A program made the position numbers and the translations under genes. Below, in pieces: positions 19,589 through 29,356 of a stretch of DNA of 64,000 bases. The stretch covers positions 2,976,001 through 3,040,000 of the forward strand of contig OY759729.1 in assembly GCA_963662585.1 (NCBI GenBank), written 5' to 3'. The stretch comes from Candidatus Cloacimonadales bacterium. Its GTDB lineage: Bacteria; Cloacimonadota; Cloacimonadia; Cloacimonadales; JAFGVF01. The notes under the pieces were generated by a model that had not been told where the DNA came from, did no database searches, and saw only the letters and a list, made by a program, of their open reading frames with translations. Every line of letters begins with the position of its first letter. Position 1 is the first letter of the stretch.

Positions 19589-22500
19589 ATGATATTAGAT
19601 TCCAGATATGAAGTTATAGAAGAGTTAGGTTCAGGAATATGGGCAACTGTATATAAGGTTAAGGATTTAAGAACAGATAAGCTATATGCTTTAAAATATT
19701 TTAATCAGCTTGATGCGAAAGAATTTTACAAAAAGCTACCAGCTAATAATATGCACCATTTGACCCAGATAAGTCACCCCAATTTAATTAACATAGTTGA
19801 TTTTGGAAATATTGGGAATAGTGTTTATGCTTTAAGTGAATACTATGATGGTCATCCTCTTAACAGATTCCCTGTGAATAGAGATAATTTAAATGAATTA
19901 TATAATATCGTTATCCAGATATGTTATGCTCTGCATGCTCTACATACTCACGGAATGATTCATAAAGATCTAAAACCTCATAATATTCTCTTTAGATTTA
20001 CAGGCTCAGGACCTCAAATCAAGGTCATGGACTATGGTTTCTCCAAGATAGACCTAGATGGTGATCCTCAGAAAGTAACAGGTTCTCTACCTTTTATCGC
20101 CCCAGAAGTATATCTAGGAAATGAACCAAGTCCAGAGAGTGATTTCTATGCTCTTGGGGTAACTCTTTATCGCTTAACAACAGGTGCTTTTCCTTTCTCT
20201 ATTAAGCAGATAATGGCTGTTATTCAGGGTAACAAAGACTACTTATTACCGAAACTACCAAGACAGGTAAATAGCGATATTCCTGAAGATTTAGAAAGAT
20301 TAATTATTAAATTATTAGAGAAAAATCCTGAGAATAGATTTCAAAGTGTTCCTGATATTATAGATTTTATAAATAAGACTCAGCTAAAAAAATATTCTTT
20401 CTCCTATCAGTGGTCAACAGTTAACTTCCTAAAATTTAACAGTTATTATGTGAATGAGAAAATTAGTGAAGATTTAACAAGATATCTTGTAGAAATGGAA
20501 AATAGCAATGGAAAGTTAGTTTCACTTGTTGGTGGTAAAGGCTTAGGGAAAGGCGATATATTAACCTTGTTTAAGTATCACATGTTAACAGGTAAATACT
20601 ATATTTTTGATTATGAGTGCAGTCCTGAACATAATGACCCCTTCTATGCTTTGACCAAAGAGTTTCACACTTCTGTAAGCAAAAATCGAGCTTCGTCACT
20701 TTTGGAAGATGATTTAAATAAAATATCAGACAAATTTAAAAAATATCTCTATGAATCAGAAGATGCAGCTAAGTTAACTAATTTTTCCAAAGACGATATG
20801 TTAGAAGATTTTACTTCACTGAAGAATTACTTAAAACATTTATCTGATGAGAAACCATTAGTCTTTATTATTCGCCATGCTGAGTTATTAGAAGATAATA
20901 GCATAGAATTTATAAACTTCTGTGCAGATGAAATTTCATCTTCTAGGATAATAATCACTTTATCCTTCAATAATTACAGGCAGGTTCAAAAAATAAATGG
21001 AGCAGTAATAGTAAAAGTTCCATTTTTAACTTTTGAAGAGTCTAAAAGTTATATTCTCAAGCTTGTTAAAAGTGATGTTCCCGAAGAAATGATAAGAAAG
21101 ATACACAAAAGGACTTGTGGTAATCCTCTTTTCATTCAGGAATTTTTAATAGAATTGGTTGAAAGAAAGAAGATATGGGATGAATCAGGCTTTAATTTTG
21201 AGTATAATATTGATCATGCATGTTTACCTGAATCAATCTTAAATTCAATCTATGTGCGAATGAGCAATTTATCTGAACAGAGCTATCTCTATTTAATGCA
21301 ATTAGCGATTGTTCAAACTCCTTTGAGTAAAGAGTTGATTCAATATTTCTTTAATATTAATGACCTTCAACATTATCATTTTACTACAGATGCTTTGAAC
21401 AATGAGATTTTAATTAAGTCTGGTGATTACTTTGTGTTCTCATTCCCTGAAGCTAAGAAGAGATTCATTCGTGAATGCTCAAAAGAAAAGTTAATTGAGT
21501 ATTCGGAACGCTTAATAAATTACTTCCAAGATATTGAGATAAATGACATTGAAATCTGTGAAGGGATAATAGAAAATGCTAAGATTGCTCATGATTTCAA
21601 TGCTATTAGAAAATTCAACCTACGCTTGTATAAGCTAAATGATCAACAGCATAATCAAGAAGCAGCTTTTGAAAATTTAATCAATGTTCTTAAGATAAAT
21701 ATAGCAGATTCAATAACCCATCTAGATAGAAATTTGATTGAAGATGCTTCTTTGATTAGTCAGAAATTAGATATTGTTGTTTCAGTAAGCAAGACAGAGC
21801 AATTAATTAGGATTTTGGATAATTATCCTCCAATCTTTGAGAAATACTTGATTCTAATAAAGATATATTATTTATTTGAAGATTTTGAAAAAGCTGTAAG
21901 TCTATTCTCTATAGCTGATTCTTTGATTAGAACTGCCAAACACTCTTTAGAATTAAAACTAATCACTACCAAAATCTATCAAAGATTAGGGAAACAGAAA
22001 AAAGTTAAGGATATCTTAGATAACATTGCCTTTCCTCATTTAGATAGAAAATACTATCTTCTTTTTAAAGATCGTGAGAGTGTTTTCTTCTTTAAGAATG
22101 GCAAGTTTATGGATGCTATTTCTATAGAAGAATCACTTATCGAAAAATTTCCAGCAACTCCTGATAATGAGATGATGATAATTATCGCCATAATTTATAA
22201 TAATTTAGGTACTTATTATTCTCAGATTAAGAGATTAGATGAAGCTCAACAATACTTCTCTAAGAGTATAGCTCTGTTTGAGAAATTCAATATTGAAAAG
22301 CAATTAGTTCTCATGTATAATAATTTAGGTGATTTATATCTAAAACAAGGACTTACCAATCAAGCTTATCAATTATTCAATAAGTCAGAAGAACTTTTAG
22401 AAAGGAATTTTAACTCCTCAACTGCTGTTCTAACCTATATTAACATTGCTGAAGCAAAAATTAAGTTTGGTGATTTTGAGGAAGCAATAGTTTATTTAAA

Positions 22501-25135
22501 GAGAGCAAAAGAGATTTCTGATAAGGTTGAAGGTATTAAGAGCGATCCAAGTATTAATAGAAACATGGCACTTGCCATGAGTAAAATATCTTCTTACAAA
22601 GAGTACACAGACTTCGTTTACTCCAATGACCCAGAATTGAAAGAGCTTAGATTCAATAATCTTGATCCTTTAGTAAAAACATACTTCTATTTCCTATATG
22701 AAATTTCTGCTTCTGAATCTTTAGAAAAGCTTATTTATAATAACTCACACATCAGTTATAGTAAGCTTAAGGAAGAGGAATTTTATTATAATACACTTAA
22801 TCTTTTAGCTATAACTAAACAGAATTATGAAGTAGCTTATCGCAATATAGAATTCGCCAAAGAGTATGCTCAAACCTCTAGGAATAAGTATGCTTATACA
22901 ATTTTTAGAGTCCGAGAAGTTGAGTGCTTATTGCATCTAGGTAAAACTGAAGAGGCTGAGGCAATATATCAAGAAGTGATTCCTATCTGTAAAGAGTATC
23001 ACTATAAGTATTGGGAAACACTACTGGAACTTCACAAATGTAAAATAGATCTCTTAAACCCTAAAGTTCATTTAAGGGTAGTCTTAAGATCACTAATCTC
23101 TCTCTCCAAAGTTTGTAATAAGAACAAGTATCTTTTAGTTGAGATAAAAGCTTTAGGACTAATTATTCAAGTGCTTTACCAATTCGAAGCAATTGATATT
23201 AACTCTGAATATGTAACAGCTTATAAAGATAAAATTGAGAAGTTAGTAGATTTTGATAATCTTGAAATGTATGAAGAGTTCTTAGCTAGGAAACAGTATT
23301 CTAGTAAAAAGATAAGCAGTTTTGTCTTTGAAAAAATAGCCCCTCGCGAACAGCTGACAAAGCTTACTTTGAATAGCAAAATAGCCGAGCTTCTGCAGAT
23401 AAAAGATATGAATAGAATTATCTTCTTCTTCGGAAAATTACTAGATGTCTTAGTTTCGCCTACTTCCTTCACTATAGCTATCTATAACCAGGATTTGATG
23501 AATTATGAGGAGTTCTCTTCTGAAAACTTTGATTTTGAAACTATTCAATCAAAGGAATATGTCGCTTTAATCAAAAGAGCATTCACACAGACTACTCCTA
23601 AGAGAATACCCAAGGGATCTAGCAAAGGATCAAGTAAAAACACAATCAAGAACTTTGTTGTTACCAAAAAAATCAATGATAACCATGTAGCTATTATTCC
23701 TTTGCAGATTGAGAAGAACAGAATCGGCTTTATTTTAGTTCAAGATAATGGTGATGTACCTTATACCAAAAGTGAAATTATAATCTTGAACAGTATTAGT
23801 CTTCAAGCTACTACTATCTTGTTAAGAGTGATTGACTTCATGGAAAATCATAAGAAGATGACTCTTATGACCCGTCTGATGACTGTAACAAATAAACTTA
23901 TCGGAACAAATAGTTTGGATAGATTAGAGTATGAAGTTGTTGCTGAAGGTATAAACTTCCTGAACGCTTCTCGTGGTTTCTTTATTCAAATTGAAGATTC
24001 AGGAAACTATAAATTCACCATAGCTCTTGATAACGATAATAATATTGTTAAGCAATATACTTCTTTAGATAACAATGCTTTGCTCAAAGTTCAGCAATTA
24101 AAAAAACCTCTTTATTCTAACAATGTTAGTGAAGACTCTTTTAAGAGAAGTAGAAAGAATGATAAGTATCTTTTACTTTCCTACTATTGTGCCCCAGTAA
24201 TCATAGATAATAAGATTTATGGAATTATCTATTTCGATAACTATCTTGATATTCAGAATCAATTATATGTTAATAAAGAGATTCTGAAGCTCTTCTTATT
24301 GCAAGTAAACACTAGTATCAAAAATGCTGTGAGTTATAATAATCTCTTCAAAAGGAATATTGAGCTAGTCAAGCTGGATTCCTTAAAAGATGACTTTATT
24401 AACATCGTCTCGCATGAACTCAACACACCTCTAACTAAGCTATCAACCTATGTTAGAAAACTTAAGAATAATCTTTCAGAAAATCCTACTAAAAGAGATG
24501 AGTTATTGAAAAATGTGGAGTCTAGTGTTTTTAAGTTAATCAATACTACCAATGATATTATTACCTTTAATAAATTTAGTATTACCAGTGGACTCAATCT
24601 TACAGAAATTGAAATTGATGAGTTGGTAAATCTCTGTGTGCAAGAGGCTACTCCTTTAGCAGAGAAGAGAAAGCTAACTCTAAAGACAGATATTGAAGAG
24701 AATATTCCTACAATATACGGAGACTGGGAATCAATCACTATAATGCTTAATCAAGTGATACTCAATGCTATCAGATTCACCAATGACTTCGGTGAGATTA
24801 GTGTTGGGGTGAGAAGATCATCATTCCAAAATGAGAGAATTAATAACCAAGAATCTGTAATTATTTATATCAAAGATAACGGTATAGGAATACCTGAGAA
24901 AGAGTTAGACAATGTATTTAAGAAATTCTATGAACTAAATGACATATATGCCCATAAATCAGGAACTATTGAATATAGATCTTCAGGTTTAGGACTAGGT
25001 CTTTCAACCTGTAAGCGAATTTCAGACCTCAATAAAGGTAGGATTTGGCTTCAGAGTAAAGAACATGAAGGGACCACTGTCTTTGTCTCTTTAGCAATCT
25101 ATAAAAAGAAGCAAGATGATAAAAATCTCTCCTGA
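19589..25135 (+). CDS. Multidomain Ser/Thr kinase - AAA-like - TPR - GAF - histidine kinase
   Basis: HKDLKPHN, DYG, FIAPE; degenerate P-loop GGKGLGKG; 'GNPLFIQE'; TPRs 'YNNLG'; 'SHELNTPL', 'DNGIGIP', 'GLGLGL'. Confidence 0.88.
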   Translation: MILDSRYEVIEELGSGIWATVYKVKDLRTDKLYALKYFNQLDAKEFYKKLPANNMHHLTQISHPNLINIVDFGNIGNSVYALSEYYDGHPLNRFPVNRDNLNELYNIVIQICYALHALHTHGMIHKDLKPHNILFRFTGSGPQIKVMDYGFSKIDLDGDPQKVTGSLPFIAPEVYLGNEPSPESDFYALGVTLYRLTTGAFPFSIKQIMAVIQGNKDYLLPKLPRQVNSDIPEDLERLIIKLLEKNPENRFQSVPDIIDFINKTQLKKYSFSYQWSTVNFLKFNSYYVNEKISEDLTRYLVEMENSNGKLVSLVGGKGLGKGDILTLFKYHMLTGKYYIFDYECSPEHNDPFYALTKEFHTSVSKNRASSLLEDDLNKISDKFKKYLYESEDAAKLTNFSKDDMLEDFTSLKNYLKHLSDEKPLVFIIRHAELLEDNSIEFINFCADEISSSRIIITLSFNNYRQVQKINGAVIVKVPFLTFEESKSYILKLVKSDVPEEMIRKIHKRTCGNPLFIQEFLIELVERKKIWDESGFNFEYNIDHACLPESILNSIYVRMSNLSEQSYLYLMQLAIVQTPLSKELIQYFFNINDLQHYHFTTDALNNEILIKSGDYFVFSFPEAKKRFIRECSKEKLIEYSERLINYFQDIEINDIEICEGIIENAKIAHDFNAIRKFNLRLYKLNDQQHNQEAAFENLINVLKINIADSITHLDRNLIEDASLISQKLDIVVSVSKTEQLIRILDNYPPIFEKYLILIKIYYLFEDFEKAVSLFSIADSLIRTAKHSLELKLITTKIYQRLGKQKKVKDILDNIAFPHLDRKYYLLFKDRESVFFFKNGKFMDAISIEESLIEKFPATPDNEMMIIIAIIYNNLGTYYSQIKRLDEAQQYFSKSIALFEKFNIEKQLVLMYNNLGDLYLKQGLTNQAYQLFNKSEELLERNFNSSTAVLTYINIAEAKIKFGDFEEAIVYLKRAKEISDKVEGIKSDPSINRNMALAMSKISSYKEYTDFVYSNDPELKELRFNNLDPLVKTYFYFLYEISASESLEKLIYNNSHISYSKLKEEEFYYNTLNLLAITKQNYEVAYRNIEFAKEYAQTSRNKYAYTIFRVREVECLLHLGKTEEAEAIYQEVIPICKEYHYKYWETLLELHKCKIDLLNPKVHLRVVLRSLISLSKVCNKNKYLLVEIKALGLIIQVLYQFEAIDINSEYVTAYKDKIEKLVDFDNLEMYEEFLARKQYSSKKISSFVFEKIAPREQLTKLTLNSKIAELLQIKDMNRIIFFFGKLLDVLVSPTSFTIAIYNQDLMNYEEFSSENFDFETIQSKEYVALIKRAFTQTTPKRIPKGSSKGSSKNTIKNFVVTKKINDNHVAIIPLQIEKNRIGFILVQDNGDVPYTKSEIIILNSISLQATTILLRVIDFMENHKKMTLMTRLMTVTNKLIGTNSLDRLEYEVVAEGINFLNASRGFFIQIEDSGNYKFTIALDNDNNIVKQYTSLDNNALLKVQQLKKPLYSNNVSEDSFKRSRKNDKYLLLSYYCAPVIIDNKIYGIIYFDNYLDIQNQLYVNKEILKLFLLQVNTSIKNAVSYNNLFKRNIELVKLDSLKDDFINIVSHELNTPLTKLSTYVRKLKNNLSENPTKRDELLKNVESSVFKLINTTNDIITFNKFSITSGLNLTEIEIDELVNLCVQEATPLAEKRKLTLKTDIEENIPTIYGDWESITIMLNQVILNAIRFTNDFGEISVGVRRSSFQNERINNQESVIIYIKDNGIGIPEKELDNVFKKFYELNDIYAHKSGTIEYRSSGLGLGLSTCKRISDLNKGRIWLQSKEHEGTTVFVSLAIYKKKQDDKNLS

Positions 25136-26921
25136 GTTAGAAAAGAAATTAGAGATACTACCTGAGAACCCAGGTGTTTATCTTTGGAAGAATAAAGATA
25201 AAGAAGTAATCTATGTGGGTAAGGCTAAGAACCTTAAAAACAGGATTAAGTCCTATCTCCAAGAACATAAGGATAGAAAAACTCGCCAACTTCAGAGGCA
25301 TATCTATGATTTAGATTATATCGTAGTTGGCAGTGAATCTAATGCTCTTATCTTAGAAGCTACTATGATTAGGAAGTATTCTCCTCGCTATAATGTCATG
25401 CTCAAGGATGATAAGAGATATCCTTTCATTAAGATAACCAATGACCCTTACCCTAAAATAGAAAAGACTAGAACTTTGGTGAAAGATGGTTCAAGCTATT
25501 ATGGACCTTATTCCCGCTTCCCAGATATAAGAAGAATACTTTCTTTGTTGGAATGGATATTCCCTCTTAGAAACTGCAATCGAGCTATTCCTAAAGATGA
25601 GATAAAATATGAAAAAGCTTGTATCAACTATCAACTTAAAAAGTGTTTAGCTCCTTGTATCGGTAAGATTTCTCATCAGGATTATCAAAAACTAGTTAAG
25701 AATGTTAAAGACTTCTTGCAAGGTAAACACTATTCTCTGATGAATACTCTCAAGGAAGAAATGGAAAATGCTGCTGAAGAGTTAAAGTTTGAACTTGCTG
25801 CCGAACTAAGGGATAAAATAAAGGCTTTAGAAAAGTTCTCTGAAAAGCAAAATATGTTCTTTTCTGATTTAAAAAACCGTGATATTATCGCTGTCTATCG
25901 AGAAGAGACTATTGCTGCTGCTGTAGTTCTTAAAATGGTTGAGGGAAGAGTTAATAACAAAGAACTTTATCCTCTCAAGAATGTAGAAGATGAAACTGAT
26001 GGAGCACTTCTCTCTTACTTTATCACAGACTACTATTCCCAAAAAGATGAACTCCCAGATGATATTATTGTTTCAGCTGAACCAGATGACCTAGATAGCC
26101 TCAATGCTTGGCTTAAAAACAAGATAAAAGTACCTCAAAAAGGGGAAAAGAATAATCTTGTGGTAGTTGCCAGAAAGAATGCTTTCATGTTTGTAGAAGA
26201 TAAGAAACTCCAAGGTATCAGAAGTAAGAATAGAACAATCTTCTCTGTTCAAGAGCTAAAAGATCTTCTTAAATTAGATAGACTCCCTCGTAAAATGGTC
26301 TGTATGGATATTTCCACTATTCAAGGGGAAGATACTGTCTCCTCTGCTGTTTATTTCGAAAATGGAAAACCTCTCAAGAAAAAGTATCGTCACTATATTA
26401 TTAAAAGTGTAACAGGACAAGATGATTTTGCCTCCATGGCTGAAACGATTACCAGATTTTTAAATGGCTGTCGGGAAAATAGTGATATGACACCAGATTT
26501 AATAGTTATTGATGGAGGAAAGGGACAACTAAATGCAGCTAATGCTATTTTGAAAGACTATGCTGACCTCAATGTTCAGCTTATATCTTTAGCTAAAAGA
26601 GTTGAAGAAGTCTATATCCCAAATCATGAAGAATCTATAATTCTGCCTAAGACTTCTTCATCCCTAAAACTTTTAACCCATATCAGAGATGAATCACATA
26701 GATTTGCTATAACCTTCCATAGGAAACGCAGATCAGCAAGAACTTTGATAAGTCAACTTGATAATATCAGTGGTGTCTCGGAAAAACTTAAATTCCTTCT
26801 TTTAAAAGAATTTGGCTCTGTTGAAGTTATTAAAAATGCTAGTGTAGAAGAACTTATGATGATTAAAGGTATAGGGGAAAATACGGCTAAGAATATACTG
26901 GAAACTCTCTCTACACCTTAA
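25116..26921 (+). CDS. uvrC: Excinuclease ABC subunit C
   Basis: GIY-YIG 'PGVYLW...YVGKAKNL', UVR domain, 'DGGKGQ', 'RDESHRFA', HhH. Confidence 0.98.
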   Translation: MIKISPELEKKLEILPENPGVYLWKNKDKEVIYVGKAKNLKNRIKSYLQEHKDRKTRQLQRHIYDLDYIVVGSESNALILEATMIRKYSPRYNVMLKDDKRYPFIKITNDPYPKIEKTRTLVKDGSSYYGPYSRFPDIRRILSLLEWIFPLRNCNRAIPKDEIKYEKACINYQLKKCLAPCIGKISHQDYQKLVKNVKDFLQGKHYSLMNTLKEEMENAAEELKFELAAELRDKIKALEKFSEKQNMFFSDLKNRDIIAVYREETIAAAVVLKMVEGRVNNKELYPLKNVEDETDGALLSYFITDYYSQKDELPDDIIVSAEPDDLDSLNAWLKNKIKVPQKGEKNNLVVVARKNAFMFVEDKKLQGIRSKNRTIFSVQELKDLLKLDRLPRKMVCMDISTIQGEDTVSSAVYFENGKPLKKKYRHYIIKSVTGQDDFASMAETITRFLNGCRENSDMTPDLIVIDGGKGQLNAANAILKDYADLNVQLISLAKRVEEVYIPNHEESIILPKTSSSLKLLTHIRDESHRFAITFHRKRRSARTLISQLDNISGVSEKLKFLLLKEFGSVEVIKNASVEELMMIKGIGENTAKNILETLSTP

Positions 26922-26954
26922 AGTATTTGCTTCTTGATTTATTGAGTGGAAGTT

Positions 26955-27388
26955 TTATGGAGTGGAAGCGTCCCTGCTTCCACCAGGCTGTATTCCAGCC
27001 TGTTCTCTTTTTCTGGAGGCAGAGACGCCTCCAGTCCATAGATTGTCCCTGCTTGAACTAGTTTGTATTTTTATGGAGTGGAAGCGTCCCTGCTTCCACC
27101 AGGCTGTATTAACTGGGGTTACGGACCTTTAGTCCGTGAATTTTAAATTATTATTCCAGCCTGTTCTTTTTATCTGGAGGCCGAGACGCCTCCAGTCCAT
27201 AAATTGTCCCTGCTTCCACTAGGCTGTATTAACTGGGGTTACGGACCTTTAGTCCGTGAATTTTAAATTATTATTCCAGCCTGTTCTCTTTTTCCGGAGG
27301 CCGAGACGCCTCCAGTCCATAGATTGTCCCTGCTTCCACCAGCCTGTTCTCTTTTTCTGGAGGCAGAGACGCCTCCAGTCCATAGATT
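26955..27388. repeat. BIME/REPIN-like mosaic between the convergent uvrC and alr genes
   Basis: ATGGAGTGGAAGCGTCCCTGCTTCCAC and its inverted partner CTGGAGGCAGAGACGCCTCCAGTCCAT (4 copies), plus CTGGGGTTACGGACCTTTAGTCCGTG; internal 120-bp period. Confidence 0.88.
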
Positions 27389-27424
27389 ATCCTTAAACTT
27401 ACAAATATCAAAGCAGAAGATTAA

Positions 27425-29350
27425 TTAATAGGAGAAAATCACTCCACTTTTAGGAAGTATCCAAATATCTTTACCTGTTTCAACACTAATAGTATTTTCT
27501 GCTTCTAGGATTGTAGGGTATTTTGATTCACCTGAGAAGAGAGTAACTGCTTCTACTTTCTGAAGGCTAGGAGGGAATTCAAAACTGATTTTAACACCTT
27601 TAGTAGGTTCTGAGATAAATACACTTAATTGATGAGAATCAATAGGATAGAGTGTTCTTGTTTTGATAGAAAAGTTACATTTTGTCCCAATTAATTGAGA
27701 ATAATTTTCATTAGTATTATGGAATTCTAAAACTTTAGGACTAGTCTTTATGGTAGTAATTGCTGGAATATCATTCACTGTAACTTCCTTTAATACAAAA
27801 AATTGAGAGTTAAGGCTAAGCTCAGCAGTTAGTAACCAACGGTATTCCACTTGAGGATTTCTAAAATAAGAATCTAAGGTTTGGGCATCTGAAGCACAGG
27901 CAATAATAAAATCTTTCTCATTCAATACTTTAGAATATGATAACTCGGTATCTACAAGATAGAATTCTGGATATTGAGAAGATAGAGAAAATTTAATATG
28001 ATGCTTAAAATTGGTCCTATAAGAAATATTATTATCTGATTCATTAATAAAATCACTAATTATCTCAGAAAAGAGAACTTGGGATATTTCACTAGAGTTA
28101 ATTCTTGTCTTTAAGGCATTCTTGATAATCAAGGATAATTTCTTGGCTGAGAAGTCTGGAGAATAAAAGTCTCTTCTTAAGCGAGCTTCGATAGCAATAA
28201 TCTTTTGGTCATAGTAGTAGTAACGCTTAGCTCTTTTCCCTGTTTGAGTTGCTAATTCATAAGATGAACCTGCATAGAGTTGGGTCAAATCTTCTATTCT
28301 TAAAGAATCTTCACCATATAAAATGACCTCTTGTCCCACTTGGGGCTTATCTAGAGAGCTAATATCGACAATAGTCATATCCATTGTAACTTTACCTAAA
28401 ATGGGGATTAGCTTGTCTTGACAAAGAACTTTTCCCTTATTGGATAAGAAAAAGTTATAACCATCAGCATAACCAATAGGAAGAATAGCATACTTGAGAC
28501 TATTCTTAGCTTGGTAAGTAAGATTATAGCTAATATACTCACCCTCTTTGGCTTCTTTAATTTGACTTATCTTGGTGATGAACTTCATTACTGGTTTAAG
28601 AGTGATTTTTTCTTGCAAAGAAGCGTGAGGATAGATTCCAAAAGATAGAATACCAATTCTAGCTAAGTTCATTTTGGGGAAGTTATAATTGACTACTGCA
28701 GAAGAATTAGAAGAATGGAGATAGGTTGGATTGAGATTTGGTATTTCCTCAAGTATTCTATCCAAGACATTACAGAAGATCTGATATTGGTTATTGGTAA
28801 AATCTAAATTGCTTTCACTCTCTGCGAAATGAGTAAATATCCCATCGATAATTAAATTGGGCAGGTGAGAAAGTTCTTGGCAGAAGCTAAGAGCTTGGTC
28901 TGCTCTGATACCGCTACGGTTCATACCTGAATCAATATTCAAGTGGATTTTTATTTTCTTCTTATTTAAGTGGGCAAAGTTATTTAGTTTTTTAGCAAAG
29001 TCTAAATCATTAACTGTGGGAATGAGATTATGAAGAACTATGTTTTCAATTTCTGATTCTAAAGAAGGGGAGAGAATTAGAATAGGTGCTGAGATGTTGT
29101 TATATCTAATAAAGAGAGCTTCGTCGGCATTAGCTACCCCGAGTAGCTTTGCACCATTTAACAAGGCTTGAGTGGCGATTTGGAAGGCTCCGTGGCCATA
29201 AGCATCTGCTTTGATGATTTGCAGGAAGTCTTGTTGGGGAGAGAGAAATTTCTTTATCTCTTGTAGATTATACTCAAAGTGAGATAAGTTTATCTCTATC
29301 CAACTTCTTTCATTATTCATTTCTTCTTCTAACATAGTTAGGTTCTCCAT
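27425..29350 (-). CDS. alr: Alanine racemase fused to a ~255-aa unknown C-terminal domain
   Basis: PLP-lysine motif 'IIKADAYGHG', 'IDSGMNRSG', 'IGYADG', 'GKVTMD'; 641 aa versus the usual ~370. Confidence 0.88.
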   Translation of the reverse strand: MENLTMLEEEMNNERSWIEINLSHFEYNLQEIKKFLSPQQDFLQIIKADAYGHGAFQIATQALLNGAKLLGVANADEALFIRYNNISAPILILSPSLESEIENIVLHNLIPTVNDLDFAKKLNNFAHLNKKKIKIHLNIDSGMNRSGIRADQALSFCQELSHLPNLIIDGIFTHFAESESNLDFTNNQYQIFCNVLDRILEEIPNLNPTYLHSSNSSAVVNYNFPKMNLARIGILSFGIYPHASLQEKITLKPVMKFITKISQIKEAKEGEYISYNLTYQAKNSLKYAILPIGYADGYNFFLSNKGKVLCQDKLIPILGKVTMDMTIVDISSLDKPQVGQEVILYGEDSLRIEDLTQLYAGSSYELATQTGKRAKRYYYYDQKIIAIEARLRRDFYSPDFSAKKLSLIIKNALKTRINSSEISQVLFSEIISDFINESDNNISYRTNFKHHIKFSLSSQYPEFYLVDTELSYSKVLNEKDFIIACASDAQTLDSYFRNPQVEYRWLLTAELSLNSQFFVLKEVTVNDIPAITTIKTSPKVLEFHNTNENYSQLIGTKCNFSIKTRTLYPIDSHQLSVFISEPTKGVKISFEFPPSLQKVEAVTLFSGESKYPTILEAENTISVETGKDIWILPKSGVIFSY

Positions 29351-29356
29351 TATTAC

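Noticed and set aside
26955..27388. CRISPR array or tRNA cluster
   Set aside because: Inter-repeat segments are themselves repeated and motifs occur in both orientations; no cloverleaf or T-loop consensus.
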